Positions 8,847 through 19,206 of a DNA stretch of 64,000 nt are shown here, in pieces. The stretch comes from a virus. The first letter of the stretch is position 1. Each line of letters begins with the position of its first letter. The notes beneath the pieces are model-generated. The model was not told the DNA's origin. It worked only from the letters and a program-made list of their open reading frames with translations, and ran no database searches. The DNA lies in the IMG/VR virus record IMGVR_UViG_3300025015_000011, positions 32,001-96,000 of that record. One strand, 5' to 3'. The translations under genes and the position numbers were made by a program.

Positions 8847-10235
8847 ATGGAAAGACCAGGAAGTAATATATGTAAAATGGGAGACAGTTATAAATTTTCT
8901 CATGCAGTCCAATATCCTCCAGGAACAGAAAAGGTCTTCTCTTACCTTGAGTCAAGAGGTGGGTTATTTGATAACACTGTTTTCTTTGGGTTACAAATCC
9001 TTCTTGAAAGGTTAGAAGGCCAAGTAGTAACTGCTGAAAAAATAGATGATGCTGAAAAGATGGTCAATGCTCACATAGGTCCTGGAATTTTTAATAGGTC
9101 TGGTTGGGAATATATACTCAATAAACACAATGGATATCTTCCAGTTATTATAAAGGCTGTTTCTGAAGGCACACAAGTCCCAGTAAGTAATGCTCTTATG
9201 ATAGTCGAGAACACAGACCCAAATTGTTTTTGGCTTACTAATTATCTTGAAACATATTTGTCTCAAGTGTGGTATCCATGTACCGTAGCAACACTTTCAA
9301 GAGAAATTAAAAAGCTGATAAATAGATTTCTTGAAACTACAGGAGACACAGCCGGTATAAATTTCAAGCTTCATGATTTCGGATATAGAGGTACAAGCTC
9401 TTTTGAAAGTGCTGGAATAGGTGGTTGTGCTCACCTTCTGAATTTTATGGGAACTGATACAGTAGCAGCAATTGAATTTACTCAGTATTATTATGAGGCA
9501 GATATGCCAGGGTTCAGTATCCCAGCAGCAGAACACTCAACCATAACATCCTGGGGCAGGGAAAATGAACTGGATGCTTTCAAGAATATGCTTGAAACAT
9601 ATCCAACAGGCCTTGTAGCTGTAGTATCTGATAGCTATGATATTTATGAAGCCTGCAAAACCCTTTGGGGTGAAGAACTAAAAGATATGGTCCTTCAAAG
9701 GGATGGGTATTTAATTATAAGACCAGATTCTGGCGAACCAACTGAAGTTATACCAAAGATTCTTAACATATTAGGTAAGGCTTTTGGGTATGAAGTGAAT
9801 TCCAAAGGTTATAAAGTCCTCAATCCTAAAGTTCGTGTTATCCAAGGGGATGGTGTTAATTATAATTCTATTGAAAATATCCTCACTCTAATGCAATATG
9901 ATGGATGGAGCACTGATAACATAGCTTTTGGTATGGGTGGTGCCCTGCTTCAAGGTATAAATAGAGATACTCAAAAGTTTGCTTTTAAATGTTCTTCTGT
10001 TACAATTAATGGCGAAGAAAGAGATGTTTATAAACAGCCAATAGATTCTCCTTGGAAGAAGTCTAAAGCTGGTAGACTTATGCTTGTTACGGATTTAGAT
10101 GGTGAATATAAAACAATTAAAGAATCTGAATATGACCCATCTTGTATGATAGATAAGATGAATGTTGTATTTTTTAATGGTAAGATAGTTAAAAAGTATA
10201 CTTTCGATGAAGTGATATGGAACGCAAAGATTTAA
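8847..10235 (+). CDS. nadV: Nicotinamide phosphoribosyltransferase (NAMPT)
   Basis: DSYKFSH, LHDFGYRG, GTDT, SIPAAEHS, VSDSYD, IRPDSG, GMGGALLQ. Confidence 0.95.
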   Translation: MERPGSNICKMGDSYKFSHAVQYPPGTEKVFSYLESRGGLFDNTVFFGLQILLERLEGQVVTAEKIDDAEKMVNAHIGPGIFNRSGWEYILNKHNGYLPVIIKAVSEGTQVPVSNALMIVENTDPNCFWLTNYLETYLSQVWYPCTVATLSREIKKLINRFLETTGDTAGINFKLHDFGYRGTSSFESAGIGGCAHLLNFMGTDTVAAIEFTQYYYEADMPGFSIPAAEHSTITSWGRENELDAFKNMLETYPTGLVAVVSDSYDIYEACKTLWGEELKDMVLQRDGYLIIRPDSGEPTEVIPKILNILGKAFGYEVNSKGYKVLNPKVRVIQGDGVNYNSIENILTLMQYDGWSTDNIAFGMGGALLQGINRDTQKFAFKCSSVTINGEERDVYKQPIDSPWKKSKAGRLMLVTDLDGEYKTIKESEYDPSCMIDKMNVVFFNGKIVKKYTFDEVIWNAKI

Positions 10236-10263
10236 ATTTCTAAGGAGATAATATTTAATATTA

Positions 10264-11304
10264 GTGTCATTAGTTAGTTCAATATTCTACACAGCAGACT
10301 TCTCAGGCTGCGGGTTCTTGAGAAGTTTTTTACCTTGTGATTATTTAAATTCAGTTTATGGCAATACTAAACAATTCATGGGAATTGTTTCAGGGAGGTT
10401 ATTTGGAGACCATAACCTGTTAAAAAGTCTTCAAATAATAAGATTTCAAAGACAAACCTCTTCACTTCAAGTCACTTATATTCACCAAATAGCTCAGTTA
10501 AAAAGGAGTGGTGTTATAAAGGCTGGTTTGATTTATGATTTAGACGACCTATTTACTGATATACCAGATTATAATTATTGCAAACCTTATTACAATCATG
10601 CTGAAAGTATCAATGCTTTAAATACTATTTTTGATTCTGTTGATATTTTTACTACTTCAACTGAATATTTAAAAAAGAAAATGCAGGAGATAAGAGGGAA
10701 TAAAATTATTTCCTGTAATTTTCAAGTAGTTCCCAATTTAATTCCTAAATTTTTATATCATAGAGAAAGTATAAAAGAGCAAACAACTAAGCCCAGAATA
10801 GTTTGGGCAGGTAGCGCTACACACTATTCTGATAGTAATTTGGGAGATTTAGGTTTAATATATGATTTAATCAAAAATACTCAAGAGGAATTTGACTGGC
10901 ATATTATAGGAACTAAAGTAAAACAGTTTGAAGGAATGAATGTAACTCAACATCCATGGGTCAATAATTTTTATGCTTATCCTAAAGCGCTCAGAGATAT
11001 AAATGCAGATTTTGGTATAAGTGCTCTACTTGACAATGAGTTCAATAGATGCAAGAGCAATATTAAATTATTGGAATATTCTGCTGCTCAGGCAATTACA
11101 ATTTCTTCAAAAGTTGAACCATATTTAAAGGAATCATCATTATTTTTAACGGGTGATTGGAAAACAGATAGAGAAACCATCATTGAAGTTTATACAAATA
11201 AGCAGAAGAAAGAGGAGCTTCTCAATAAACAAAATTCAATGTTGGATAACTATTGGATGGAAACAAATATGAGGCATTATGTTAATTTACTGGGGATAAG
11301 ATGA
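10264..11304 (+). CDS. GT-B fold glycosyltransferase-like protein
   Basis: DFSGCGFLR, YDLDD, WAGS..H, FNRCKSNIKLLEY. Confidence 0.8.
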   Translation: MSLVSSIFYTADFSGCGFLRSFLPCDYLNSVYGNTKQFMGIVSGRLFGDHNLLKSLQIIRFQRQTSSLQVTYIHQIAQLKRSGVIKAGLIYDLDDLFTDIPDYNYCKPYYNHAESINALNTIFDSVDIFTTSTEYLKKKMQEIRGNKIISCNFQVVPNLIPKFLYHRESIKEQTTKPRIVWAGSATHYSDSNLGDLGLIYDLIKNTQEEFDWHIIGTKVKQFEGMNVTQHPWVNNFYAYPKALRDINADFGISALLDNEFNRCKSNIKLLEYSAAQAITISSKVEPYLKESSLFLTGDWKTDRETIIEVYTNKQKKEELLNKQNSMLDNYWMETNMRHYVNLLGIR

Positions 11305-11546
11305 GTAACTTTAGATGTATGAAATGCGATAAAGAGGCTATTAATTATACTAAATTTACTTATTGGTTACATTTAATGTCTTTCATTGATTTTCTTCATG
11401 CAGAAGGAAATATAACACAAGCAACTTATGAACTAATGACTGATTATGTTCATCACTTACAGCCAGATGAAGTAGATGAGTGTAATAATTGTGATTTATT
11501 AAAAGCAAAACAAAAGATTACACCTGATAGTTCTGATGGTAATTGA
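11301..11546 (+). CDS. Hypothetical protein (CxxC motifs)
   Basis: ATGA-coupled ORF. Confidence 0.6.
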   Translation: MSNFRCMKCDKEAINYTKFTYWLHLMSFIDFLHAEGNITQATYELMTDYVHHLQPDEVDECNNCDLLKAKQKITPDSSDGN

Positions 11547-11576
11547 TATGATATTAAATGAAAGAGAGATGATAAG

Positions 11577-12521
11577 ATGAGTGTTTGGGTAGAAAAATTT
11601 AGGCCTGCATGTATAGATGATGTTATTTTGTTGCCTTCAACAAGGAAAGCAATTCAGTCTATACTCAATTCACCTGATATAAAGGTAAATTTTGTTAATC
11701 AAATTTATTCAGGACCTCCAGGCACAGGTAAAACAAGTGTGGCTAAACTAATTCCTAAGTTATTAGATTTACCATATCTTTATATCAATGCTTCTGAAGA
11801 AAGTGGTATTGATACAGTAAGAGGAAAGGTTAAGGATTTTTCAACAAGTCAAACAATTGATGATAAGTTAAAAGTAGTAATATTAGATGAAAGTGATATG
11901 CTTTCAATCCCTTATCAAGGTGCATTAAGAAACATTATTGAGTCAACCTCATCTAACACAAGATTTATTTTAACTTGTAATTATCCTGAGAAAATAATAG
12001 CCCCATTACACTCAAGGCTCAAGCAGGTTGTTTTTGCCAAGGTTGATGAGAAGATAGTTCTGAAGAGAGTGGTTGAAATTTTAAGGTCTGAGAAAATAAC
12101 AATCCCTGAAGAGCAAAACTTAAATATAGTCAAACTAATTAAAAAGTATCACCCTGATATTAGAAAGATAATTAATCATCTTCAATATTTTAGCTCTACT
12201 GGAACACTTGATATTCAGTTTGATGATATTGTTTCAGAAGATATTTTAGACCAAATAATCAATAATATTAAATCTAAAAAGATATCTGATATTAGAACTA
12301 TCCTCCGTAACAATAAATTGGATTATGATGGAATTATTAGGAAGATATTTGATGAAATACTCAATACTAAATCTCAATATTTTCCTGATATGAATGAGGG
12401 TAAAAGGGCTGAGCTGATACTATTATGTGCTGATACACTTTACAAAATGAATTTTGTAGTGGATAAAGAAATTCAGTTCGCTGCTTTTGCAGTAGATGCT
12501 AGTATAACAATGGGTAAGTAA
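11577..12521 (+). CDS. Clamp loader AAA+ subunit (T4 gp44/RFC-like)
   Basis: WVEKFRP, GPPGTGKTS, ILDESD, FILTCN, LHSR. Confidence 0.95.
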   Translation: MSVWVEKFRPACIDDVILLPSTRKAIQSILNSPDIKVNFVNQIYSGPPGTGKTSVAKLIPKLLDLPYLYINASEESGIDTVRGKVKDFSTSQTIDDKLKVVILDESDMLSIPYQGALRNIIESTSSNTRFILTCNYPEKIIAPLHSRLKQVVFAKVDEKIVLKRVVEILRSEKITIPEEQNLNIVKLIKKYHPDIRKIINHLQYFSSTGTLDIQFDDIVSEDILDQIINNIKSKKISDIRTILRNNKLDYDGIIRKIFDEILNTKSQYFPDMNEGKRAELILLCADTLYKMNFVVDKEIQFAAFAVDASITMGK

Positions 12522-12522
12522 T

Positions 12523-13041
12523 ATGGGAGAATTACAAACAAGCCTTGATGGTTTTTTCAAAAAGAGCCCAGCAATTCAGACATTTAGTGAAGAAGAATAT
12601 GTTGATAAAAGAAAGGCTAATATCTTCTCATATTTAACTGATATATGTTTTGAAAAAACAGGGACTATTCCAGAAGAATATGATTTTGAAATGAAAGGTT
12701 GGAGTAGTTTTATGGTTTTGAGGTATTTAAGCCTGTATGAACCATACCTTCCTATTATAAATATTTTTAATTATTATCAAGGTACATTGACTCCACTCCA
12801 GTTATATAAGGCATTATTGGTGGTCATACCTAAAGGTAAAAGATTTCTCAAATATCCTAAACTCCAAGACGAACTAAATAATGATTCTATCATAGAAATG
12901 CTAATGAAATATTTTGACTGTTCTAAGTCTGATGCTGAAGAATATATTAAACTGGGTTTAATTTCTCAAAAAGAAGTGAATACAATAAAAGAAAAATTTG
13001 GAGGTAGGGATGGCCAGAAGAAGGAAAGTAAGAAGCGTTAA
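12523..13041 (+). CDS. Clamp loader small subunit (T4 gp62-like)
   Basis: Lies between gp44 and regA; FMVLRYLS...IPKGKRFLKY. Confidence 0.8.
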   Translation: MGELQTSLDGFFKKSPAIQTFSEEEYVDKRKANIFSYLTDICFEKTGTIPEEYDFEMKGWSSFMVLRYLSLYEPYLPIINIFNYYQGTLTPLQLYKALLVVIPKGKRFLKYPKLQDELNNDSIIEMLMKYFDCSKSDAEEYIKLGLISQKEVNTIKEKFGGRDGQKKESKKR

Positions 13042-13240
13042 TTATGGGACTTATAAATGTATCAAAGTTTTTCCTGATACGTTAGTAGTAGATTGCAGAA
13101 CATATAAATCTGATATTGAGACATATGAATATTTTAAAAGAATAAAAGAAGAAGGTAAAGATATAAAATTATTTGGCACAAGAAGCAAACATACACCATT
13201 AACAAAAATTTTTATATATCAGACTAATACTAATATCTAA
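13010..13240 (+). CDS. Hypothetical basic protein
   Basis: GGAGG RBS, ATG at 13010. Confidence 0.6.
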   Translation: MARRRKVRSVNYGTYKCIKVFPDTLVVDCRTYKSDIETYEYFKRIKEEGKDIKLFGTRSKHTPLTKIFIYQTNTNI

Positions 13241-13261
13241 TAAAAGGAGGAGTGAAAAGTA

Positions 13262-13648
13262 ATGAGTGAAGTGGAAAGTAAGGGTATTGCAGTAAAGCTA
13301 AATGTAACTGAGGAAATTGTAAAAGAGAATCTTTCAAGGATTGGTATAGTAAATAGGAGTGATAAGAAGCTTTATCCTTCATGTTATCTTATCAAGGATG
13401 AAAATGGCCAGTATTTTATTTGTCATTTTAAAGACCTTCTCAAGGTGGCAGGGGCAGATGAAAGTGATAAGATGAGAAGGAATACAATTTCTTGGCTATT
13501 TGAAAAATGGGGTCTTGTTTCAATTCTTGAAGACGGTGAACTTAATATTTCAAAGAAGAAGCTTTTCATTCTCACAAAGGAACAGAAAGAGAATGAAGCT
13601 TGGAATATTGTTCACAAATTTCATTATGATAAAAAGGAGAAGGAGTAA
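13262..13648 (+). CDS. regA: Translational repressor RegA
   Basis: VKENLSRIGI...KLYPSCYL...YFICHFKDL...RRNTI, matching the T4 RegA pattern; synteny. Confidence 0.88.
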   Translation: MSEVESKGIAVKLNVTEEIVKENLSRIGIVNRSDKKLYPSCYLIKDENGQYFICHFKDLLKVAGADESDKMRRNTISWLFEKWGLVSILEDGELNISKKKLFILTKEQKENEAWNIVHKFHYDKKEKE

Positions 13649-13651
13649 TTT

Positions 13652-14575
13652 ATGAGTAAAAGAATGTTTGATAGAAATGCCATGGCAACAGTCCTTTCAA
13701 ATATGGAAAAGGATGCTAAGAATAAGGGATTTAAGCAGGATGAAACACTTTGGACTCCTGACAAGCCAGAAAAGGGCAAGACGCTGATTTATAGATTTAG
13801 GGTTCTTCCTACAATTACAAAGAGAGGTTATCAGCCAGCTTGGGCTGGTTACAAGACTCACTTTTTCAAGTCTCTAGTAACAGGGAAGTTTGTTAATGAG
13901 TATTGCCCAACTACCATAGGAAATCCTTGCCCAATATGTGAATATTCAGGTAAGCTATTTAATACTGGCGACCCAGAAGATGAAAAGATAGCAAAGAAGT
14001 TTTATAAGGCTCAGAAGTTTGTTGCCAACATTCTTGTAGTGAAAGAGCCAGATGAGAAGCGCAAGGAAAATGAAGGTAAGGTCTTCAAGTATGTATTTGG
14101 AACAAAGATTATGGAAAAATTCAAGAGTGCTTTGTTCCCTGAAGAAGGAATGGAGCAGGTTTATTTTATAGATCCATATGAAGGGTTTGATTTTAACCTT
14201 GTTGTTAAAATAGTTGGCGATTTTGCTAATTATGATTCTTCAGTATTTGTAACCACCAAAACGGCAATAGCACAGTCAGATAAGGAAATTGAAAAGATTC
14301 TAAATTCAACATATGACCTTGAAACTGAGTTCCTTTCAGAATCAAACTTCAAGTCTTATGCTAACCTGCAGGAAGTTGTTAATACTCAGATAGTAGGTGC
14401 TTCACCAAAATCGGTTGTTAAGACAAAGCCAGTTTCAATCCCAACAACAGGGCCTGTAGAAGCAGATGATGTTCCTATGTCATTTAATAAGGGGTCTGAA
14501 CCAGAGCCTGAAGTAAATGCAGATGAGGATGATGAATTTCTAAAGTCACTTCAGAGGGATTTAGATAGTCTATAA
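13652..14575 (+). CDS. Single-stranded DNA-binding protein (T4 gp32-like)
   Basis: RFRVLP, H..CPTT...CPIC zinc site, ANILVVK, GKVFKY.FG, YDSS.F, acidic tail. Confidence 0.93.
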   Translation: MSKRMFDRNAMATVLSNMEKDAKNKGFKQDETLWTPDKPEKGKTLIYRFRVLPTITKRGYQPAWAGYKTHFFKSLVTGKFVNEYCPTTIGNPCPICEYSGKLFNTGDPEDEKIAKKFYKAQKFVANILVVKEPDEKRKENEGKVFKYVFGTKIMEKFKSALFPEEGMEQVYFIDPYEGFDFNLVVKIVGDFANYDSSVFVTTKTAIAQSDKEIEKILNSTYDLETEFLSESNFKSYANLQEVVNTQIVGASPKSVVKTKPVSIPTTGPVEADDVPMSFNKGSEPEPEVNADEDDEFLKSLQRDLDSL

Positions 14576-14735
14576 TTTAAAAGAGGGTTGTCGTTAGGAG
14601 CGACTGAGTCATGGAAGTGGGTAGCCTTAAATTATAATCAAGACATAAGACTAGTACGCTGGTGAGCACATGACGCAATTCCAGATATCCATAGTAGGCT
14701 GATTATAAACCCATACAATAGGCCCTCTTTAAATT
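14574..14735 (+). ncRNA. Candidate structured ncRNA with long-range pseudoknot (family unrecognised)
   Basis: GC-richer intergenic region with nested stems 14574-14589/14721-14735, 14590-94/14600-04, 14617-22/14709-14, 14632-40/14700-08, 14650-53/14692-95, 14659-62/14681-84; GTCATG (14608-13) is complementary to loop CATGAC (14669-74). Confidence 0.65.
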
Positions 14736-14750
14736 TATATTAGGAATGAG

Positions 14751-16394
14751 ATGAACAATTATAATCAGTGGATAATGCAACGAGAATATTCTGATAATGA
14801 TTTATATTTTCAGAAAACTAATTCTATATTTAAATATAAACCAAAAATTAGTATTATAATACCAACGTATAATACTAATTTAAAATATTTAACTGAAGCT
14901 CTTGATTCTGTCATTAACCAGACCTATTCTAATTGGGAAATATGTATAGGTGATGGGTCTGACAAAGTAGATGTAAAAGATTTAATATGTAAATATCAAA
15001 AAGTTTATAAAAATATCAAAGCTTCTTTCTTATCTGAAAATAAAGGTATTATAGGCAATTCAAATGAAGCAATTAGGAACGCTACTGGAGATTTCATTAC
15101 ATTTCTTGACCATGATGATACTCTTGCACCATTTGCTTTATTTGAAGTAGTTAAAGAATTGAATAATGATTCTTCATTTGATATTCTTTATTCCAATGAG
15201 GATAAAATAACTAAAGATGGTATAAGATGTAATCCTCATTTTAAACCAGCATGGTCGCCAGATACTTTAAGAAGTTACAATTATATATGTCATTTAGCAG
15301 TTTATAGAACTTCTTTAATAAAAGAATTGGGGGGATTGAGTTCAGGATTTGAAGGGGCTCAAGATTATGATTTAATACTCAGGGCATCAGAAAAAACGGA
15401 TAAAATTCATCATATCAATAAGATACTTTATCATTGGAGAATGATACCAGGGTCTACTGCTTTAGATGGTAATAATAAACCATATGCTTTCGAAGCAGGA
15501 AGAAGCGCAGTACAGGCCCATGTTAAGAGGGTTCTTGGCTCTGCATTTGTATCTGAAGGTTTATTTCCTGGTTCATATGAAGTAAAATATATGATGAAAG
15601 AAACCCCCTTAGTATCGGTAATTATACCTAATAAAAATAATTACTCTACTCTTAAAACTTGTCTAGATTCTATATTTAAGAATACTTATAAAAATTACGA
15701 AATAATAATTCTTGAAAATGGGAGTGTAAATAAAGATATTTGTGATTATTATAATATTCTTTCAAAAGTAGATAATGTCAAAATAGTAGAATGGAAAAAA
15801 GACTACTTTAATTATTCAGAAATAAATAATTGGGGCACTTCATTTGCCTCAGGTGATTATTTCTTATTTTTAAATAATGATATTCAAGCAATAAATGATG
15901 ATTGGCTTGAACGAATGATGGAATTTATTGTTCGTAAAGATGTAGGTGTTGTTGGTGCGAAGTTATATTATCCTAATGATACCTTGCAGCATGTTGGTGT
16001 TATGGTTGGTATGGGTGGAATAGCCGGGCATCCTTTTTGTAAAGCTCAAAAAGATTCATTAGGGTATATGGGAAGAGCTAAAATTATTCAAAATCTTACT
16101 GCTGTAACTGGGGCCTGTTTACTTACAAAAAAAGCAGTTTTCAACGAAGTTGGTGGATTTGATGAAAAATTAGTTCTAGCATTTAATGATGTAGATTATT
16201 CTTGTGCTTCAAGCTCAAGAGGATATAGAACTGTTTGGACTCCTTATGCTGAACTATATCACCATGAGTCACTAACAAGAGGTTATGAAGATACACCAGA
16301 AAAGAAAGAAAGATTTTGGAATGAAGCAAAATATTTTCAACAGAAATGGGTCAAGCTACTCAAGTCTGGTGACCCATATTATTGGAGAGATTAG
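14751..16394 (+). CDS. Two-domain GT2 glycosyltransferase
   Basis: ISIIIPTYN...FLDHDD...GAQDYD; second domain VSVIIPNKN...FLNND...GGFDE..AFNDVD. Confidence 0.92.
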   Translation: MNNYNQWIMQREYSDNDLYFQKTNSIFKYKPKISIIIPTYNTNLKYLTEALDSVINQTYSNWEICIGDGSDKVDVKDLICKYQKVYKNIKASFLSENKGIIGNSNEAIRNATGDFITFLDHDDTLAPFALFEVVKELNNDSSFDILYSNEDKITKDGIRCNPHFKPAWSPDTLRSYNYICHLAVYRTSLIKELGGLSSGFEGAQDYDLILRASEKTDKIHHINKILYHWRMIPGSTALDGNNKPYAFEAGRSAVQAHVKRVLGSAFVSEGLFPGSYEVKYMMKETPLVSVIIPNKNNYSTLKTCLDSIFKNTYKNYEIIILENGSVNKDICDYYNILSKVDNVKIVEWKKDYFNYSEINNWGTSFASGDYFLFLNNDIQAINDDWLERMMEFIVRKDVGVVGAKLYYPNDTLQHVGVMVGMGGIAGHPFCKAQKDSLGYMGRAKIIQNLTAVTGACLLTKKAVFNEVGGFDEKLVLAFNDVDYSCASSSRGYRTVWTPYAELYHHESLTRGYEDTPEKKERFWNEAKYFQQKWVKLLKSGDPYYWRD

Positions 16395-17164
16395 TGTTAG
16401 CTAATATAGTTATAACAACTTTCAATCGACTTAATTTTACAAAACAAACTATTCCTAATATAATAGATACTGCTTCTGATAGTATTTCTTATATGATAAC
16501 GGTTGTTGATAATGGTAGTAAAGATGGAACTCCTGAATATCTCATTGAATTATTTAATCAAAAGAAAATAACAAATCTTATATTACTACCTGAAAATATA
16601 GGAGTTGCCAAAGGCCAAAATTTAGGATGGAAGTTATTTGAAAACGTTTCAATTTATGGAAAAGTAGATAATGATGTTTTATTTCATAAAAAAAATTGGT
16701 TGAATGAGATAATTTATATTTTAAGTAATTCTTCAGAACTTGGAGCATTAGGTTATAACTGCGAAGCAAAAGATTGTTATTCTATAATAGATAATGGGGC
16801 AGTTAAATATAGATATAAACAAGGTAATATAGGCGGGGCTTGCCATTTTATTCCAAGAGCAGCACAAGATATTTTAGGCTTTTGGTGTGAGGATTATGAT
16901 AAGTATGGTGAGGAAGATGCAGATATGGGGTATCGTATAGTTATGGCAGGATTAAAAAATGCTTATATGATAGATGAAAATGTCATGGAACATCTACCAG
17001 AACCAGTAACTGAATATGTTGAGTTTAAACGTAAGCAAAGGAATGATAACCTAGCAGGTAAATGGAATCAAATTTTAACAGAATATCAAAGTAAACAAAG
17101 ACCGTTAAGAATAGAAACTAATGTCCTTAATGAGATTTCTTATACATTAATGAGTAATTTATGA
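16394..17164 (+). CDS. GT2 glycosyltransferase
   Basis: IVITTFNR, VVDNGSKDGT, VDND, YGEEDAD; likely GTG start at 16394. Confidence 0.88.
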   Translation: MLANIVITTFNRLNFTKQTIPNIIDTASDSISYMITVVDNGSKDGTPEYLIELFNQKKITNLILLPENIGVAKGQNLGWKLFENVSIYGKVDNDVLFHKKNWLNEIIYILSNSSELGALGYNCEAKDCYSIIDNGAVKYRYKQGNIGGACHFIPRAAQDILGFWCEDYDKYGEEDADMGYRIVMAGLKNAYMIDENVMEHLPEPVTEYVEFKRKQRNDNLAGKWNQILTEYQSKQRPLRIETNVLNEISYTLMSNL

Positions 17165-17889
17165 TTAGTATAGTTATGGCTTATTATAACAGAAAAGAAC
17201 AACTAATTAAAACTTTAGAGAGTATCAATCAACAAAGTTATAAAGATATAGAAGTTATTATAATAGATGATGGAAGTTCACTTGGTCAAGGGGTACCATT
17301 TGCTCCATATTCATTTAAAACTACAGTAATTGATATTTGTCTTTCTGAAAAAACCTGGTGCAATCCCTGCATCCCATTTAATATAGGATTTAAAGCAGCA
17401 AAAGGTGATATAATTATAATACAAAATCCTGAGTGTTATCATAATGGTGAGATTTTAAAACATGCTGCTGAAAATGTTAAAGATAATAATTATATCACTT
17501 ATGGTTGTTTTTCTTTAGATGAGAGTAGTACCAGAGATTTAATGAATTTATCTACTCATGATAAAACTGCCTCTTTCGATGGTGATTTTGGTTGGTATAA
17601 CCATTCTATCTACAGACCTGCAAATTATCATTTTTGTTCTGCTATAACACGAAAGAATTTAGAAGAACTTGGCGGGTTTGATGAAAGGTATGCCAATGGT
17701 GTTGGATATGATGATGATGAATTTTTAATTAGAATTAAAAAGAAGGGGCTCAAGGTTGAACTAGTTGATACCCCTTTTGTTTATCATCAGTGGCATTATA
17801 GCTCAAATATATTCACAAATAAACCATCAAATGAAAACTTATTTAAAAATACTACATTAAAAGAAACAACATGGAAAGTTAATGCTTAA
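17161..17889 (+). CDS. GT2 glycosyltransferase (galactosyltransferase-like C-terminus)
   Basis: ISIVMAYYNR, IIDDGS, GGFDERYANGVGYDDDEF, HQWH. Confidence 0.88.
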   Translation: MISIVMAYYNRKEQLIKTLESINQQSYKDIEVIIIDDGSSLGQGVPFAPYSFKTTVIDICLSEKTWCNPCIPFNIGFKAAKGDIIIIQNPECYHNGEILKHAAENVKDNNYITYGCFSLDESSTRDLMNLSTHDKTASFDGDFGWYNHSIYRPANYHFCSAITRKNLEELGGFDERYANGVGYDDDEFLIRIKKKGLKVELVDTPFVYHQWHYSSNIFTNKPSNENLFKNTTLKETTWKVNA

Positions 17890-18451
17890 ATTATCTATTC
17901 TTATTCCCTCAGTACCATCAAGAAGAAAAACTTTTCTTCAAAGAATATTAGACCAGTTAGAATCTCAAATTAATACAAATGATATAGAAGTAATTGTTCT
18001 TTATGATAATAAGAAAAGAACAGTAGGAGAAAAAAGAAATGACCTTTTAAACTTAGCACGAGGTCAATTTTTAACTTTTATTGATGATGATGATAGAATT
18101 TCTGATGATTATATAAATAAAATTATTTCTACTATTAATAATAATCCATTAGCAGATTGTATAGTTTTTGATAGCATTTGTACTGTAGATGGAATTTCCC
18201 AAGTATGTAAATATGGGATAGAATATTCATATAATTATGCCAGCCCACCAAATATATGGACAGGTAGACCCGCACATACAATGGTATTTAAATCTGCTAT
18301 AGCTAAGAGCATTATGTTTCCTTCTATTAATTTTGGAGAAGATATGGATTGGGTTTCAAGAATTTGCAATCAAATAAAAAATCAAGTTAGAATAGATTCT
18401 GTTTTGTATTATTATGATTTTAATAATATAACATCTGAAACAAGAGGGTAA
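17882..18451 (+). CDS. GT2/GT-A glycosyltransferase
   Basis: LSILIPS, GEKRN, FIDDDD, GEDMDW. Confidence 0.85.
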   Translation: MLKLSILIPSVPSRRKTFLQRILDQLESQINTNDIEVIVLYDNKKRTVGEKRNDLLNLARGQFLTFIDDDDRISDDYINKIISTINNNPLADCIVFDSICTVDGISQVCKYGIEYSYNYASPPNIWTGRPAHTMVFKSAIAKSIMFPSINFGEDMDWVSRICNQIKNQVRIDSVLYYYDFNNITSETRG

Positions 18452-19206
18452 TGAAAAAGAATATAGAAATAATAGGAATGATTTATAAGTCTCCGAGTTA
18501 TTTAACTATGATGATAAATCAATTTCTATCCGAATATAACCAAGTAGATGACTGGAATATAAAATTCCGTATATTAGTTAATAATCCACAGGAAAAACTA
18601 TTGCCTTACCTAGCAAAGGCTATAACTTCTTTTGGAGATAAGATAATATTTGATATTTATGAAGATAATTCCCCTATTGATTATTACCTTAATAGAGTTT
18701 ATAGGTGTTGGAATTATGGAGGTCGAGTAACAAAATATGATAATATTTGTTTTGTAAATTCAGATATGATTTTCAGTAAAAACTGGTTAGGTAATTTATT
18801 AAAGCATCATGATGGGATAAACATTCCTTGTAGCAAATTATTTGAAAGTGGTAAAATGCCCAGCGGGAAATGGGGTGAAACAATGCACTTTGGTTCTAAT
18901 CCAGTCAATATGAATTATTTATCTTGGTATCAGTATGCTGAATATAAACAAACAATAGATAAAGGTATAGGTATTGGTGGATTATATATGCCTTGTATTT
19001 TTTCTTCACAAAGATTTTATGAGTCTGGTGGATATCCTGAAGGAAATATATATGTTGGAGGGGCAGGCCAAATAAATACTACCTTTGTAAAAAGCGGTGA
19101 TGATTATTTCTTTCATGATATATTAGAACAAAAATTTGGTATGCGACATATAACATCATTTGACTCATTGGTTTACCATTTTCAAGAAGGTGAGCTCTGT
19201 GACTAG
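18451..19206 (+). CDS. GT-A-like glycosyltransferase
   Basis: WNYG, FVNSDM, GGYPEGN, SGD, YHFQEGE; cluster context. Confidence 0.65.
   Translation: MKKNIEIIGMIYKSPSYLTMMINQFLSEYNQVDDWNIKFRILVNNPQEKLLPYLAKAITSFGDKIIFDIYEDNSPIDYYLNRVYRCWNYGGRVTKYDNICFVNSDMIFSKNWLGNLLKHHDGINIPCSKLFESGKMPSGKWGETMHFGSNPVNMNYLSWYQYAEYKQTIDKGIGIGGLYMPCIFSSQRFYESGGYPEGNIYVGGAGQINTTFVKSGDDYFFHDILEQKFGMRHITSFDSLVYHFQEGELCD

Noticed and set aside
14574-14735. Assignment of the ncRNA to SRP RNA, RNase P, 6S, lysine riboswitch, or a plain terminator
   Set aside because: The GGAA hairpin lacks the SRP CAGG/AGCA loop; no RNase P GAGGAAAGUCC-type motif; too long and branched for a terminator
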